The position numbers and the translations under genes are program-made. Below, in pieces: positions 1-13,027 of a DNA stretch of 64,000 nt (its first letter is position 1; each line of letters begins with the position of its first letter). The notes below the pieces were generated by a model that ran no database searches, was not told the DNA's origin, and worked only from the letters and a program-made list of their open reading frames with translations. Location of the stretch: assembly GCF_001194135.2 (NCBI RefSeq), contig NC_069004.1, positions 8,331,942 through 8,395,941 of the forward strand, given 5' to 3'. Source of the stretch: Octopus bimaculoides (lineage: Eukaryota).

Positions 1-967
1 TTTGTTTTCTGTACATTTGAACCTCACACACACACACAGATAGATAGATATTTCTAGTGAGCCCACTTGCTTAGAGAGGCCTTAAGCAACCTCGAAAAGC
101 CAAGAGCTTTATAGACTTGAAACCCTGGGCAACGCTACAGACCGGCCGTATCTATCTTTATCTACATATCCTACTGTTCTATATAGCTTAGAGTGTTCTT
201 CTTCGGATTTTGATTTACTGACGATACGTACATATATTGACATAGAACGAAGAAGAATTTTGACGAAAAGATATGGCGACAGCGTTATTTACCTCGGTGA
301 CTGCTGAGTGATAGAGTGTTAGTTTTTTGGGGGGGAATATTCGTAGTCGAAGTAGTTTTAGTGGTAGTTGATGTAGAGATGGTGGCGGTGGATACATAAT
401 TGTATTACATATATATACATACATACATACATACATATTATATATACACACACGCACACGTGTACATATACATATATATATATGTGTGAATAAAAAATAA
501 AAATAACAAAATATGAAAAAAAGGGTTTTGTATGATCGTGTATAGAGGAATATATTATTTAAGAGTTCCAACTCAATCTGTTTTTTATGTTTTATTTAAA
601 GTCTTATAAAATTAATGCGGGATATTGAACATCGAATATATAATATAAATAGTAAAATGAAACGAAGTATTGAATATATGAAATATTGAGTATTAAATAT
701 ATAAGGACTAATGTACTTTCATGCCTCATGGCATTCATCAGGGTCCTGTCTGATAGATGTGCAGCATCTAAGCAGGATTTCTTCAAAAATTTGTGCAAAA
801 GTATCTATTTTTCTGGAAGTTATGAGGCAACAAAGTCGTGAGGGTGAGGTACATATCTGTAGTTATGGTGGAAGTTTTATCATCCATAGAAAAGAATAGG
901 GAAATATTTCCAGTTCAATATAATTACTGTATTCTTGAAGAAAATATATTTTACCAATGCCGTTCTA

Positions 968-1548
968 GGCACTGTCATGCTATTAGCTGTCAGAAGTGAA
1001 AGTGCTCACTGCTAGTGAAGTATCTGTCTGTCTGCCTGCATGCCTGTTGCTGGCCTGTCGATTCTTTGGCTACTAACAGCTAATACCATGACTGGCCGGA
1101 GCGAGCTATATGTCTGTCTGTCTGTCTCTCTCTCTTTCTATCTATCTATTACTCGAAAGTTCGCGCGTCCGTGCTAGCTAGTCGTGAGTGGTCGATCCTA
1201 TTATTTTTAAACTTCAAACTTCATTTGTTTTCTATTTTGATAAATTCTCTCTGTTGAAAATTATATTTTTATATTTTAAATAATTTGCCATTTCAGGAAA
1301 TATGTTTTTATATTAAATTTGTGTTTTCTACTCACGACTAGCTAGCGCGGATGCGCAAACTTTCGAGTAATAGATAGATAGATAGAGAGACAGACAGACA
1401 GACAGACATATAGCTCGCTCCGGCCAGTCATGGTATTAGCTGTCAGTAGCCAAAGAATCGACAGGCCAGCAACAGGCAGACAGGCAGACAGACAGATACT
1501 TCACTAGCAGGCAGTGAGCACTTTCGCTTCTGACAGCTAATAGCATGA
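968..1548. mobile_element. Foldback/MITE with ~215-bp inverted arms
   Basis: Arms 975-1189 and 1330-1548 are reverse complements; absent from the paralogous site near 14065-14105. Confidence 0.85.
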
Positions 1549-1566
1549 TCAGACAAGTGGAACATA

Positions 1567-1803
1567 ATTCTATTATTTAAATACATTACTACAGCATGAA
1601 ATCAAACTTCTTTCAACTTACCTTTAGCAGATGTAAACAATGAATCAATGTGTTATGCGTTTTCACCAAACTACCACAGTAAATATCTCAAATGCTGCAA
1701 TGAGATTGACCAAAGTTTCGATCCTCAGCGACCTGAGTTCCTAAAAAGCTCAACAATAAAATCGTGAGTGAAGCTGGCTTAATGTCGCCAACCGCACTTT
1801 CGG
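1567..1803 (-). promoter_or_regulatory. Promoter/non-coding exon 1/splice-donor module of a paralogue whose CDS is off the left edge
   Basis: Plus-strand attctattatttaaatacat, cttac (donor, 1617-1621), gtgaagctg, aaccgcactttcgg (1790-1803); highly similar to the gene B module at 14120-14600. Confidence 0.7.
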
Positions 1804-2113
1804 TCTTAAATATACCAAACTCAATGGTAACGTCCCCTTGGATATGTCATAAGGTCACAAGGGGACGTTGAATATTTCAAGAGGTACGAAACATTTTCAA
1901 CAAATTATTTTAATCTCTAAAATATGAATAAGACATGGCAGTATTAATAGACGCAAATTCTGACGATAAACCACTGAGCAAACCTAGCTTCTCTTTCGTG
2001 AATGAAATGTTTTTCGCTGCTCATTTCCGATTTTTCTTTTTGACACAATATTTCATAAATATTTACGTTTTAGTTTGTCTCAATGTTTATGATCTTTTAT
2101 TTTCTAGATTTAA

Positions 2114-2263
2114 TCATCATCATCATCATCATCGTTTAACGTCCGCTTTCCATGCTAGCATGGGTTGGACGATTTGACTGAGGACTGGTGAAAACAGATG
2201 GCTACACCAGGCTTCAATTTGATTTGGCAGAGTTTCTACAGCTGGGTGCCCTTCCTAACGCCA
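2114..2263 (-). mobile_element. RTE-type LINE/SINE 3' tail with (GAT)n end
   Basis: (cat)n followed by cgtttaacgtccgctttccatgctagcatggg; related copies near 11085, 45577, 56690 and 61040. Confidence 0.7.
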
Positions 2264-2361
2264 TATATATAAAAAGAACATGACTTTCCTCCTGGGTGAA
2301 TACATTTACAATTAGTAAAAACTTTTCCTATGAGAAATATTTACCACTAATATAAGAGCAT

Positions 2362-2628
2362 GGAGGCACATGGCCTAATGGTTAGAGCAGCGAACTCATG
2401 ATCAAGACATTGCAGGTTCGAATCTCAGAGCAGGTGATGTGTATGGTTATGAGCAAAACACCTAAGCAGAAGGTAGGGGCAAACTTCTGCAGACTCTTTC
2501 ACCACAACTTTCTCTCACTCTTTCCTCCTGCATCTAGCAGCTCACCTGAGACAGACTGGCGTCCTATCTAGGTGGGGATACTATACGCCAATGAAACCAG
2601 GCATGGCTCAAGAAGGAACAAACAACAA
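2362..2628 (+). mobile_element. tRNA-derived SINE
   Basis: A-box tggcctaatggtta and B-box ggttcgaatc (2415-2424); (aac)n-like tail; head related to the copy at 15946-16331. Confidence 0.75.
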
Positions 2629-3061
2629 TATAAAAGCATCATGGTTTTTATTTTGTAAAAATGTTTCAGATGAGTTAAGTTATTTCTATCCATACGAGAA
2701 TGACTTGCCACTGATATTGGAGTGAAATGGTTTCTTGCCTGTACAATCATACCTGTGAGTAGTTAAGGTATTTCCATGAGAGAATAATTTACCACAGATA
2801 TCGTAATTAAATTGATTCAACACTTGTGTGAATGTTTGTTACTATCAAAGTGAAAACAAAAAGGAAAAAAGCTCTACTTCATGTCTTAAACAAGTCTTAT
2901 GTATGGTTTGCTTTAGGGAAAATGGTTTTTGTGGCTGGCTGCCCTACATATCACCATCAATTTCACAGTATATTGGATGTCTTTTACTTTGGCACCAGCA
3001 CTAGAGAGGCTGTCATGTTGCTGGCAACTTTAGAGTGCTGATGTATCTGTCCGTTTGTCAC

Positions 3062-5938
3062 TCACTGTTTTTGAGTAGATGAGTTATTACAGATATCACT
3101 GTTATAAACTTTTTCATTAGAACAAATACGTTTGTGTTTAGTTAAAGCACAACTATGAGAAAATGATTTGCCACAGATGTCACAGTGATATGGTTTTTTA
3201 CCTGTATGAATGTATTTGTGACTACTTAAAGCAGTACTTAAAGAGAATGATGTACCACATATATTACACTGATATGGCTTTTCTCCTGTATGAATGCGGT
3301 TGTGCTTAGTTAAATCACTATTTTGGGAGAAAGATTTACCACAAATATCACACTTATAGGGTCTATCTCCTGTATGAATACGTCTATGAATTATTAAATG
3401 AGCTGTTTGAGAAAATGATTTATCACACGTCTCACAGTGATATGGTTTCTCACCTGTATGAGTACGACTATGGACAGTTAAATGACTTGCCTGAGAGAAA
3501 GATTTACCACAGATGTTACAATCATATGGTTTCTCTCCTGTATGAGTGTATTTATGTTTAGTTAAGTGATATTTTTCTGAGAACGATTTACCGCAGATAT
3601 CACATTGGTATGGTTTTTCCCCTGTGAGAATACATTTATGAACAGTTAATGTATTTCTACTAGTGTATGATTTACCACAGATATCACATCGGTATGGCTT
3701 CTCTCTAGTATGAGTGAATTTATGTTTAGTTAAATTACCTATTTCAGGGAATGATTTACCACAGATATTACAGTGATATGGCATATCACCCATATGAAAG
3801 TGCATGTGTCTAATTAAGCCAGAATTTTGAGAGAAGGATTGGCCACAGACACTACAATGATATGGCCTTTCCCCTGTATGAATACGTTTGTGATTAGTTA
3901 ATCCACTAGCAACACTGAATGATTTACCACAGATATCACAGGGATATGGTTTCTCTCCTGTGTGAGTACGTTTGTGTTTAGTTAATTTACTAGCAACACT
4001 GAATGACTTAACACAAATATCACACTGATATGGTTTTTCTCCTGTATGAATATGCTTGTGAACAGTTAATCCACTTCTAGCAATGAATGATTTACCACAG
4101 ATATCACAGTCATATGGCCTTTCCCCTGTATGAATACGTTTGTGAGCAGTTACTGCACTTCTAACAGTGAATGACTTACCACAGATATCGCAGGGATAGG
4201 GTTTCTCTCCCGTATGCATGCGTCTTTTGTGCAATGTTAATTGGCATGTTTGAGTGAATGATTTACCACAGATCTCGCAGTGATATGGTTTCTCACCAGT
4301 ATGAAGACGCGTATGCTTTTTTAGAGCCTGACTGCTAGAGAACGATTTCCCACAGACATCGCAATGGAATGGTTTCTCTCCTGTGTGAATACGTTTGTGA
4401 ACAGTTAATGCATTTCTACTAGTGTATGATTTATCACAGATATCACATTGGTATGGTTTTTCCCCTGTGTGAATACATTTATGAACAGGTAATGCATTTC
4501 TACTAGTGTATGATTTATCACAGATATCACATTGGTATGGCTTTTCTCTTGTGTGAATACATTTATGAACAGTTAATGAATTTCTAGTAGTGAATGATTT
4601 ACCACAGATATCACAGGGATATAACTTCTCTCTTGTATGAGTTAATTTATGTTTAGTTAACTGACATTTTTGAGAGAATGATTTACCACAGATATTACAA
4701 TGATATGGCTTATCACCTGTATGAATGCGCATGTGTCTAATTAAGCCAGAATTTTGATAGAATGATTTGCCACAGATACTACAATGATATGGCCTTTCCC
4801 CTGTATGAATACGTTTGTGTTTAGTTAATCCACTAGCAACACTGAATGACTTAGCACAAATATCACACTGATATGGTTTTTCTCCTGTATGAATACGCTT
4901 GTGAACAGTTAATCCACTTCTATCAATGAATGATTTACCACAGATATCGCAGTGATATGGTTTCTCTCCTGTATGTACCTGTCTCTTGTGTAGCGTTAAT
5001 GCACTTGCATGAGAGAATGATTTAGCACAGACATCACATTGATATGGTTTTTCCCCTGTATGAACACGTTTATGAACTGTTAATGTACTTCCATATCTGA
5101 ACGATTTGCTGCAGATGTCACACTGATAAGGTTTCTCTCCTGTATGAATGTGTTTGTGTATATTTAAGGAATTTCTATCAGTGAATGACTTACCGCAGAC
5201 ATCACAGTGATAAGGCTTTTCTCCAGTATGAGTACGTCTGTGAGAATTTAAATGAACTTTTTGAAAGAATGACTTACCACAGATATCACAGTGATATGAC
5301 TTCTCTCCTGTATGAATGTATTTGTGTTTAGTTAAATTACCTTTTTCAGAGAATGATTCACCACAAATATTACACTGATATGGTTTCTCTCCTGTATGAG
5401 TACGTACGTGGCTAGTTAAGCCATTAGTCTGAGAGAATGATTTACCACAGATGTCACAGTGATATGGTTTTTCGCCTGTATGGGTACGTATGTGACCAAC
5501 TAAGTGACCTCTTAGAGAAAATGATTTACCACAGATATCACATTCAAATGGTTTTTTTCCAGTATGGAAGTATTTGTGAGTAATTAAAGTGTGTATTCGA
5601 GAGAATGATTTACCGCAGATATCACAGTTATGTCGTTTCTCTCCTGTATGGAGATGTTTGTGAGTAATTAACGTACGTATTCGAGCAAATGATTTACCGC
5701 AGATATCACAGTTGTGTGGTTTCTCTCCTGTATGTAGATATCTATGTTCAGTTAAGTAAATTTTTACATTGAATGATTTACCACAGATATCACAATGATA
5801 CCGTTTCTCTGGTATCTTACTTGTATTAATACATTTATGAGTAGTAAGCTTACTTTTCAGAGAGAATGACTTTTTACAGATATCACAGTGGTAGGAGGAT
5901 TCCCCTGTCTCTTTTGACAATTCTTCAGGCAAATCCAT
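3062..5938 (-). CDS. C2H2 zinc-finger protein, gene A (958 aa, ~33 fingers)
   Basis: Uninterrupted ORF of CxxC-x12-Hxxx(x)H repeats with TGEKPY linkers; starts [10 protein letters not shown]; in-frame stop a few codons upstream of the ATG. Confidence 0.95.
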   Translation of the reverse strand: MDLPEELSKETGESSYHCDICKKSFSLKSKLTTHKCINTSKIPEKRYHCDICGKSFNVKIYLTEHRYLHTGEKPHNCDICGKSFARIRTLITHKHLHTGEKRHNCDICGKSFSRIHTLITHKYFHTGKKPFECDICGKSFSLRGHLVGHIRTHTGEKPYHCDICGKSFSQTNGLTSHVRTHTGEKPYQCNICGESFSEKGNLTKHKYIHTGEKSYHCDICGKSFFQKVHLNSHRRTHTGEKPYHCDVCGKSFTDRNSLNIHKHIHTGEKPYQCDICSKSFRYGSTLTVHKRVHTGEKPYQCDVCAKSFSHASALTLHKRQVHTGEKPYHCDICGKSFIDRSGLTVHKRIHTGEKPYQCDICAKSFSVASGLTKHKRIHTGERPYHCSICGKSFYQNSGLIRHMRIHTGDKPYHCNICGKSFSQKCQLTKHKLTHTREKLYPCDICGKSFTTRNSLTVHKCIHTREKPYQCDICDKSYTSRNALPVHKCIHTGEKPYQCDICDKSYTSRNALTVHKRIHTGEKPFHCDVCGKSFSSSQALKKHTRLHTGEKPYHCEICGKSFTQTCQLTLHKRRMHTGEKPYPCDICGKSFTVRSAVTAHKRIHTGERPYDCDICGKSFIARSGLTVHKHIHTGEKPYQCDICVKSFSVASKLTKHKRTHTGEKPYPCDICGKSFSVASGLTNHKRIHTGERPYHCSVCGQSFSQNSGLIRHMHFHMGDMPYHCNICGKSFPEIGNLTKHKFTHTREKPYRCDICGKSYTSRNTLTVHKCILTGEKPYQCDICGKSFSEKYHLTKHKYTHTGEKPYDCNICGKSFSQASHLTVHSRTHTGEKPYHCETCDKSFSQTAHLIIHRRIHTGDRPYKCDICGKSFSQNSDLTKHNRIHTGEKPYQCNICGTSFSLSTALSSHKYIHTGKKPYHCDICGKSFSHSCALTKHKRICSNEKVYNSDICNNSSTQKQ

Positions 5939-6910
5939 ACTTCTATAATTCTTTTATTCCCCACAACAATATCTGTATATTTTTTAAAATCTTTATCTTT
6001 CTTCCTGAGTTGATCAAAGCCTTTCCATGAACTGCAATATTTCCACAAACGTTTATCTCTGTTATCATCAGAAAAGGACTGCGATGTCTTTCTTTAATCT
6101 TAGCAAATTTAAGTGGAACTCAGTATCATCTTGTATNNNNNNNNNNNNNNNNNNNNNNNNNNNNNNNNNNNNNNNNNNNNNNNNNNNNNNNNNNNNNNNN
6201 NNNNNNNNNNNNNNNNNNNNNNNNNNNNNNNNNNNNNNNNNNNNNNNNNNNNNNNNNNNNNNNNNNNNNNNNNNNNNNNNNNNNNNNNNNNNNNNNNNNN
6301 NNNNNNNNNNNNNNNNNNNNNNNNNNNNNNNNNNNNNNNNNNNNNNNNNNNNNNNNNNNNNNNNNNNNNNNNNNNNNNNNNNNNNNNNNNNNNNNNNNNN
6401 NNNNNNNNNNNNNNNNNNNNNNNNNNNNNNNNNNNNNNNNNNNNNNNNNNNNNNNNNNNNNNNNNNNNNNNNNNNNNNNNNNNNNNNNNNNNNNNNNNNN
6501 NNNNNNNNNNNNNNNNNNNNNNNNNNNNNNNNNNNNNNNNNNNNNNNNNNNNNNNNNNNNNNNNNNNNNNNNNNNNNNNNNNNNNNNNNNNNNNNNNNNN
6601 NNNNNNNNNNNNNNNNNNNNNNNNNNNNNNNNNNNNNNNNNNNNNNNNNNNNNNNNNNNNNNNNNNNNNNNNNNNNNNNNNNNNNNNNNNNNNNNNNNNN
6701 NNNNNNNNNNNNNNNNNNNNNNNNNNNNNNNNNNNNNNNNNNNNNNNNNNNNNNNNNNNNNNNNNNNNNNNNNNNNNNNNNNNNNNNNNNNNNNNNNNNN
6801 NNNNNNNNNNNNNNNNNNNNNNNNNNNNNNNNNNNNNNNNNNNNNNNNNNNNNNNNNNNNNNNNNNNNNNNNNNNNNNNNNNNNNNNNNNNNNNNNNNNN
6901 NNNNNNNNNN

Positions 6911-7130
6911 NATATATATGAATATATATGTGATTGTGTGTCTGTGTTTGTCCCCCTACCATCGCCTGACAACAGATGCTGGTGTGTTTACGTCCCCCTA
7001 AGTTACTGGTTCAGCAAAATAGATCGATAGAATAAGTACTAGGCTTACAAAGAATAAGTACTGGGTCAATTTGTTTGACTAAAGGTGATACTCCAGCATG
7101 GCCGCAGTCAAACAACTGATATATAAAAAA
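6911..7130 (+). mobile_element. CORE-like SINE, 3' half
   Basis: Matches the reverse complement of 16534-16760. Confidence 0.75.
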
Positions 7131-7820
7131 GAATTTGTGACACCATATGCAACCAGAATGTGTGTGTGTGGTGCCACTGAAACGTTGCTGTGGTAGGCAC
7201 CTCAACTCCACAGGCCCTCACAGTTAGTGTTGCTGCCTAAAATGCTGGTCATTTTGCTCATCGCACTGAGTTAAACTTAACCATTAAACAGGCTCTGGCT
7301 TGGGTTAATATCCCCTCAGTTCTGGGTCAGACAAGATTATCCAGAAGTGATGGGAAGAGACCAGATGCTCTTACCCTTTGTCCCTGGATATGAGGTAGGT
7401 GCCTCGTCTAGGATGTCACAGTCAAATTATGCCTCTAACTCTGAAAAGTTTCATTTAACAAATTCCTTAACGTAAAGGATGGTCCTCAAAAGTGATTTTT
7501 TTTTTCGACATAGATATAATCTGGATAGAAACATGAGGAAAAGAAGTTAAGGTGCATAAAATATACAACATTCACATTGTTTTGTTACATTAATTTCCGA
7601 TATAATCGTAAGCTACAGGTAACTTAATCACATATCAAAGACATTTGCAGAAAATTTCATCAAAAAACACATTTTTCAGAAAATTATGGGTAAACCGTTT
7701 TTATGACGGGAGGGGTACATTTGTGTAAATATTTATTTTCACATTTATATAATTACTACATCTGAAAGCTATACCTTATATATTCTCTCTCCAATATAAC
7801 TACTTACATCCAAGTAAAGC

Positions 7821-8054
7821 AATTCTATTATTTACATACATGATTACAGCATTAAAACAAACGTTTATCAGCTTACCATTTTCAGTTGTAAACAGTGAAT
7901 CAACGTGTCATATGTTATCACCAGACTAAATAATTATTTGTCAACTTTATTCTACGCCAACATTCAAATTACTCTTGATTTCTTCAACAATAAAATTTCA
8001 ATTTATCCCAATGAACGCGTGAAGCTGACTTTATGTTACCAGCCGCATTTTCGA
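7821..8054 (-). promoter_or_regulatory. Promoter/exon 1/donor module of gene A
   Basis: Donor 7872-7876; motif agccgcattttcga 8041-8054. Confidence 0.72.
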
Positions 8055-8490
8055 TGTCAAATATTATAATGGTAACGTCTCCTTGGAGAGTTGTAGAAGT
8101 TGGTGCTGAGTGCTTCTGGTGAAATGTAATTTTTCAAAGCGATAAAATATTTAGACCTCATGCGGAACTTACGTTTTAAAACTATTTTAAAGAAAATTTA
8201 TTTAATTTTTAGAATTTGATAGTATATTGTGAGTTAGAAAACGCGGTAATCATTTCATCAAATATGATATAATAATTACTGTTTTTCCCTCTCTCCCCTC
8301 AAATATGATAGCCAAACCTACAGTGGATGCCATATTTTGGCGAAAGAAGATGCTTATCAACAAAAATTTGATAATCACCGCTTTAGCGTACATATGCTTA
8401 TGTATAAATCGTTAATCCCGACACATTTTTTCTCTCGCCATTTCCCCGCCTCATCCTTTTCTGTCGAAGAGCGTATTGAAAACCTTTCCA

Positions 8491-8699
8491 GGTACTACTA
8501 AAGCAGCGCGGACCCGAACGCGCAGTCGCGCGTCAGCGCTAGCTAGTCGTGAGTGGTCGATCCTAACCCTATCCCTAACCTGCGTGTGCAAATGAATACG
8601 TGTTTAGTGGTAGGGTATTCATTTGCACACGCAGGTTAGGATCGACCACTCAAGACTAGCTAGCGCGGACGCGCGACTGCGCGTCGCTTTAGTAGTACC
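8491..8699. mobile_element. Palindromic MITE (GG..CC ends, 8-bp TSD cctttcca; Merlin-like)
   Basis: TIR ggtactactaaagc; TSD at 8483-8490 and 8700-8707. Confidence 0.88.
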
Positions 8700-9218
8700 C
8701 CTTTCCATTCTCTCCGAGTGTCAAACTAATGAGCTTGCTTGTCTTTTGTTTTCTGTACATTTGAAACACACACACGCATATAGTTATATATCGTATTAAA
8801 TGATAGTAGATGGATTTCGTATTAGACTTTTATTAGGTACATGTTTCGACCCATTTGTCTGGGTGTTTTCAGAAACCTCACTAAAGATTTTTTTGAGTTG
8901 GCTGGCTTGTTGTTATATACCCATCTAGTTCGAGAATGAATAAAAACAAAAAAATCTTATAGAACCGCAAAAAATTCAAATATGAACGTGGAATTAGTGG
9001 GAAAATGAGTAACTTCTGATTTCTTATTAATTTTTCCTTAACTGTTTGAAATTATTACATTGCTGACAGATACTTTTTTTTTAAGATTTTTTTCTCAACT
9101 TGGATCCGATTGTAATTGAGGTCGCTAATAAAATATCTGGATAATTTCGATGCTCAAAAATCAATATTCTTTACCCTGTTGGATTCGAAGTCAATTTTTC
9201 GCCACACTAATGTCATTG

Positions 9219-9654
9219 GGATCTTTTTTAAAACGGGGCCACATTTTTCATTAATGTTTTACGTAGTGTTTTTGGTACCGAAAGACTTTCAAACTTCGTA
9301 TACTTTTATTTGCTTTTTTCATTTTAAATTTTCTTTTTCTTTTTCTTCGTTTTATTTGCTTTTTTCTTTTTAAATTTGCTGTTTTACCCTAACCCTAACC
9401 CTTATCACCGATAGAATTGTTTCAGAATCGTTTGTTTATGTAGTCGGCACTTAATGTATATCGGCTGAATGGACGTCAGTGATTGGTTGAAATTACAGAA
9501 ATACGACAACTTTAACATGGAATAACTTAATGATTTCTTTTTTTTTAAAGAAGACTAAGAGAAAAAGATGTTTTATATGACACATTCTACCAGTGTTCCA
9601 AGTTTCAAAGTGTTTCGTTAATGAAAAATGTGGCCCCCGTTTTAAAAAAGATCC
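9219..9654. mobile_element. MITE with 36-bp TIRs and 8-bp TSD tgtcattg (Merlin-like)
   Basis: TIR ggatcttttttaaaacggggccacatttttcattaa; TSD at 9211-9218 and 9655-9662; a related terminus starts near 33198. Confidence 0.9.
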
Positions 9655-9947
9655 TGTCATTGTGACACCACAACTAACTTGGGCAGTGGACAGTGTTCAA
9701 GAATTGCAAAGTGTCATTGATGATGTGAGAGATACATAGAGGGAAGAACATAAACAGTAGGGGCTGCTATTGGTAGAATGAAATGGCATACAGGGGAAAA
9801 GTGTATGTAAAAGTGAAAGTAGAAAGTAATGTAGTAAGAGACAATACTGAGAAAGTGAAAAACTAAGTAAATGGGTCTAAGGAGGGAGAGTGAAAGCACA
9901 AAATGGTGGGGATTGCAATATGTTCAGTTGTGGTGCGTGCGAGTAGA

Positions 9948-10312
9948 TGTAATCGCCTTACCTCGGTTTTCCTTTCATCGACTGCGAGTCTGTCTTGCGG
10001 TATCCGACCCTCGAAGCTTGCCCCGACCCGAAGAANNNNNNNNNNTCTTGCGGTATCCGACCCTCGAAGCTTGCCCCGACCCGAAGAACACTAGGAATAG
10101 CAGCTGCTTCTCCCAAACCTAGACCATCGCTTAGCATGTCCTCTCCTAACCACGAGCCCTTTCCAAAAGGGCACGAATCTCGATCGAGGCTCCCTCTGCC
10201 CTTCTTCCTCTTCCGGTCAGCTCCCCAGTCACTGAGGTCATACCATATCACATAATCACAAGGACTGTGAAAAAGGTGGCATAGCCAGAAGATTGGAGAG
10301 GTGGGCATTACA
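9948..10312. mobile_element. Possible solo-LTR-like fragment
   Basis: GC-rich island bounded by tgtaat...attaca; no TSD found. Confidence 0.3.
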
Positions 10313-11711
10313 ATATGAACTGTGGGGAAGAGACAAGTCAGGGACAGAGACATTAACAATATGCTTTTAGGTCCTCATTTGAGCATAAATGTCTTTTATA
10401 TATACATATGTATTAGTTGTATTTATAAATATGTTATATATAAGCCTTATATAGTGTGTATGTATTATAATATTCATATAGACATAGATCTATAAACACA
10501 TAACTGTTAAGTGCAACAAGCAGAGGATACCAAATGTAACAGTATAATTGTAAGTGGTTGACTATGGTAGATTGAGAAGTGGTATCAGTAATTATTTCTG
10601 AATGTTTTTGAAAGAAATTTACACAAAACGATTTATAGTCATTATAGATTTTATTCCATCATCAAGAAGTTTTTTACAGTTGTTATGAATTGGAAGTAAA
10701 TACAAATGCTGACTGTGTAGGTTGCTATTAATTTGATGGGAAGCTTGCAGGTCTAATGAAATAAAATATCAGTTAAGAATTGGGGTTAATGGTACAGACT
10801 GACCACCTTACATCAAAATTCCTAGTCTTTTGCTTAAGTCAGATTTTCTTTTGTTTGTTTTTTAGCTTGTGCCAGAATATATAACTTTACAATGTATTAT
10901 AAGAAAATGGGGTGAAAATAAAGATACCACTACCACTACTGTTTTGTGCTTTCTTGCTCTTATGGCAATAACAGAAATCACTGTAAATGTTTATACATAT
11001 TTTCTAGGCCAAGTCTGGAAATAGCTGAAATGCTTTTGATCTTTTTTTTTCTCTGAGCTAAAGCAGATAGTAGAGCTTGATGCAGTCTTCTGACTTGCCA
11101 ACTCTTGTCAAACCATCCAACACATGCCAGCATGGAAAATGGACATTAGATGATGATGGCAGTAATTATTTTTGGCAAAACCTGGAATTAATCAGATATG
11201 CAAAGTAAAGAAAAATCAAATTGTTTTATGTACAGCTTTAACAAATGCCATGAAACAGCGAACAACTTGATCGTTCTGAAACACAATTTATTTTTATAAA
11301 ACCAAATCAATCAGTAACCAATACAATACATATTATAAATTATTATTAGTACCACAAAAGGAAAAAAAAATGTTAAAATTAGGTTGTTTCATGTCTTAGA
11401 TGAATTAGGGAAAACACTTCACTTCTATGCTCCATTTCGGGGGAATGCTTTCTATGGTTGGCTGCCAACCTATTACTGTCACTTTGACAGTGTACCGGAT
11501 GTATTTCATCATGGAGTCAGCATTGGAGAGGCTGTTATGTTGTTGGCAAGATTTGAATGCTGATGTCCTGTTCTTTATACATAGATGAGTGATTTTGTTA
11601 CATAGAATGACTTACTGTGAATATCATTGTAATACAGTTTTTCTTTAGAATGAATGAATCTATTACAATGATAGGGCTTATTTCCTGCATGAAAATATAT
11701 GTGGCTAATTA

Positions 11712-11876
<165 letters not shown>

Positions 11877-11920
11877 TTACTTTGAATGAATTACACACAC
11901 ATATCTCAGAGATATGGTTT

Positions 11921-13027
11921 TTACCCTGTATGAATACGTTTGTGAAACTTTAATGTGGTTTTATAGGTGAATGACTTATCACAGATATCACAGTGATATG
12001 GTCTTTCCCCTGTATGAATACGTCTGTGAACTGTTAATTGACTTCCAGCAGGGAATGATTTACCACAGATATCACAGCGATATGGTTTCTCTCCTGTATG
12101 AATGTATCGCATGTGTGTTTTTAGCGTACTTGTTAGGCTGAATGTCTTACCACAGATAACACAAAGATGTGGTCTTTCCCCTGAATGAACACGTTTATGA
12201 ATACTTAATGCACTTCCAGAAGAGAATGATTTACCACAGATATCACAGTGATATGGTTTTTGTCCTGAATGAGTACGTTTGTGGATAGTTACCGCACTTG
12301 AATAAGAGTATGATTTACCACAAATATCACAGTGATATGGTTTTTCCCCTGTGTGAATACGTTTGTGGATAGTTAATTTACTATTATGAAGAAATGATTT
12401 ACCACAGATAACACAATGATGTGGTTTATCGTCTCCATGAATACGTTTGTGAGCAGTTAAATTACTACTATTAGTGAATGATTTACTACAAATATTACAG
12501 CGATATGGCTTCTCTCTCGTATGAATATGTTGATGAGAATTTAAATGAACCTTTTGAAAGAACGATTTTCCACAGATCTCACAGTGATATAACTTCTCTC
12601 CTGTATGAATATATTTGTGTTTCGCCAAGTTACCCCTTTCAGAGAATGATTCACCACAAATATTACACTGATGTGGTTTCTCACCTGTATGAGTACGTAT
12701 GTGTCGAGTTAAGCCATTAGCACGAGAGAATGATTTACCACAGACATCACAGTGATGTGGTTTTTCACCTGTATGAGTACGTGTGTGATCAACTAAATAA
12801 CTTCTGTAAGGGAATAATTTACCACAGATATTACATCTATGTGACTTTTTTCTGGAATGAATGCGTTTGTGCTTAGTTAAAGTATGTTTTTCAGAGAATG
12901 ATTTACCACAAATATCACATTCATATAATTTCTCTTCTGTATGCATATGCTTTTGAGTAGCAAGGGTACATTTTAAAGAGAACGATGATTCTTCTGTCCC
13001 CTTTGGCAATTCTTCAGAAAAATTCAT
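11921..13027 (-). CDS. C2H2 zinc-finger protein, gene B (368 aa, 12 intact fingers; first finger lacks CxxC)
   Basis: ORF translation; ends HTG-TAA in a linker; acceptor at 13275 and donor at 14175 upstream. Confidence 0.92.
   Translation of the reverse strand: MNFSEELPKGTEESSFSLKCTLATQKHMHTEEKLYECDICGKSFSEKHTLTKHKRIHSRKKSHRCNICGKLFPYRSYLVDHTRTHTGEKPHHCDVCGKSFSRANGLTRHIRTHTGEKPHQCNICGESFSERGNLAKHKYIHTGEKLYHCEICGKSFFQKVHLNSHQHIHTREKPYRCNICSKSFTNSSNLTAHKRIHGDDKPHHCVICGKSFLHNSKLTIHKRIHTGEKPYHCDICGKSYSYSSAVTIHKRTHSGQKPYHCDICGKSFSSGSALSIHKRVHSGERPHLCVICGKTFSLTSTLKTHMRYIHTGEKPYRCDICGKSFPAGSQLTVHRRIHTGERPYHCDICDKSFTYKTTLKFHKRIHTG

Noticed and set aside
65-100. GAGG-ccttaagcaa-CCTC-GAAA hammerhead-like motif
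   Set aside because: The CUGANGA core and stem III are not recognisable; too degenerate to call.
3062-5938. 84-bp periodic repeats resembling a CRISPR array
   Set aside because: Coding finger repeats with no unique spacers, in a eukaryotic context.
9386-9402. (ccctaa)n telomere-like motif
   Set aside because: Under three copies and internal to a MITE.
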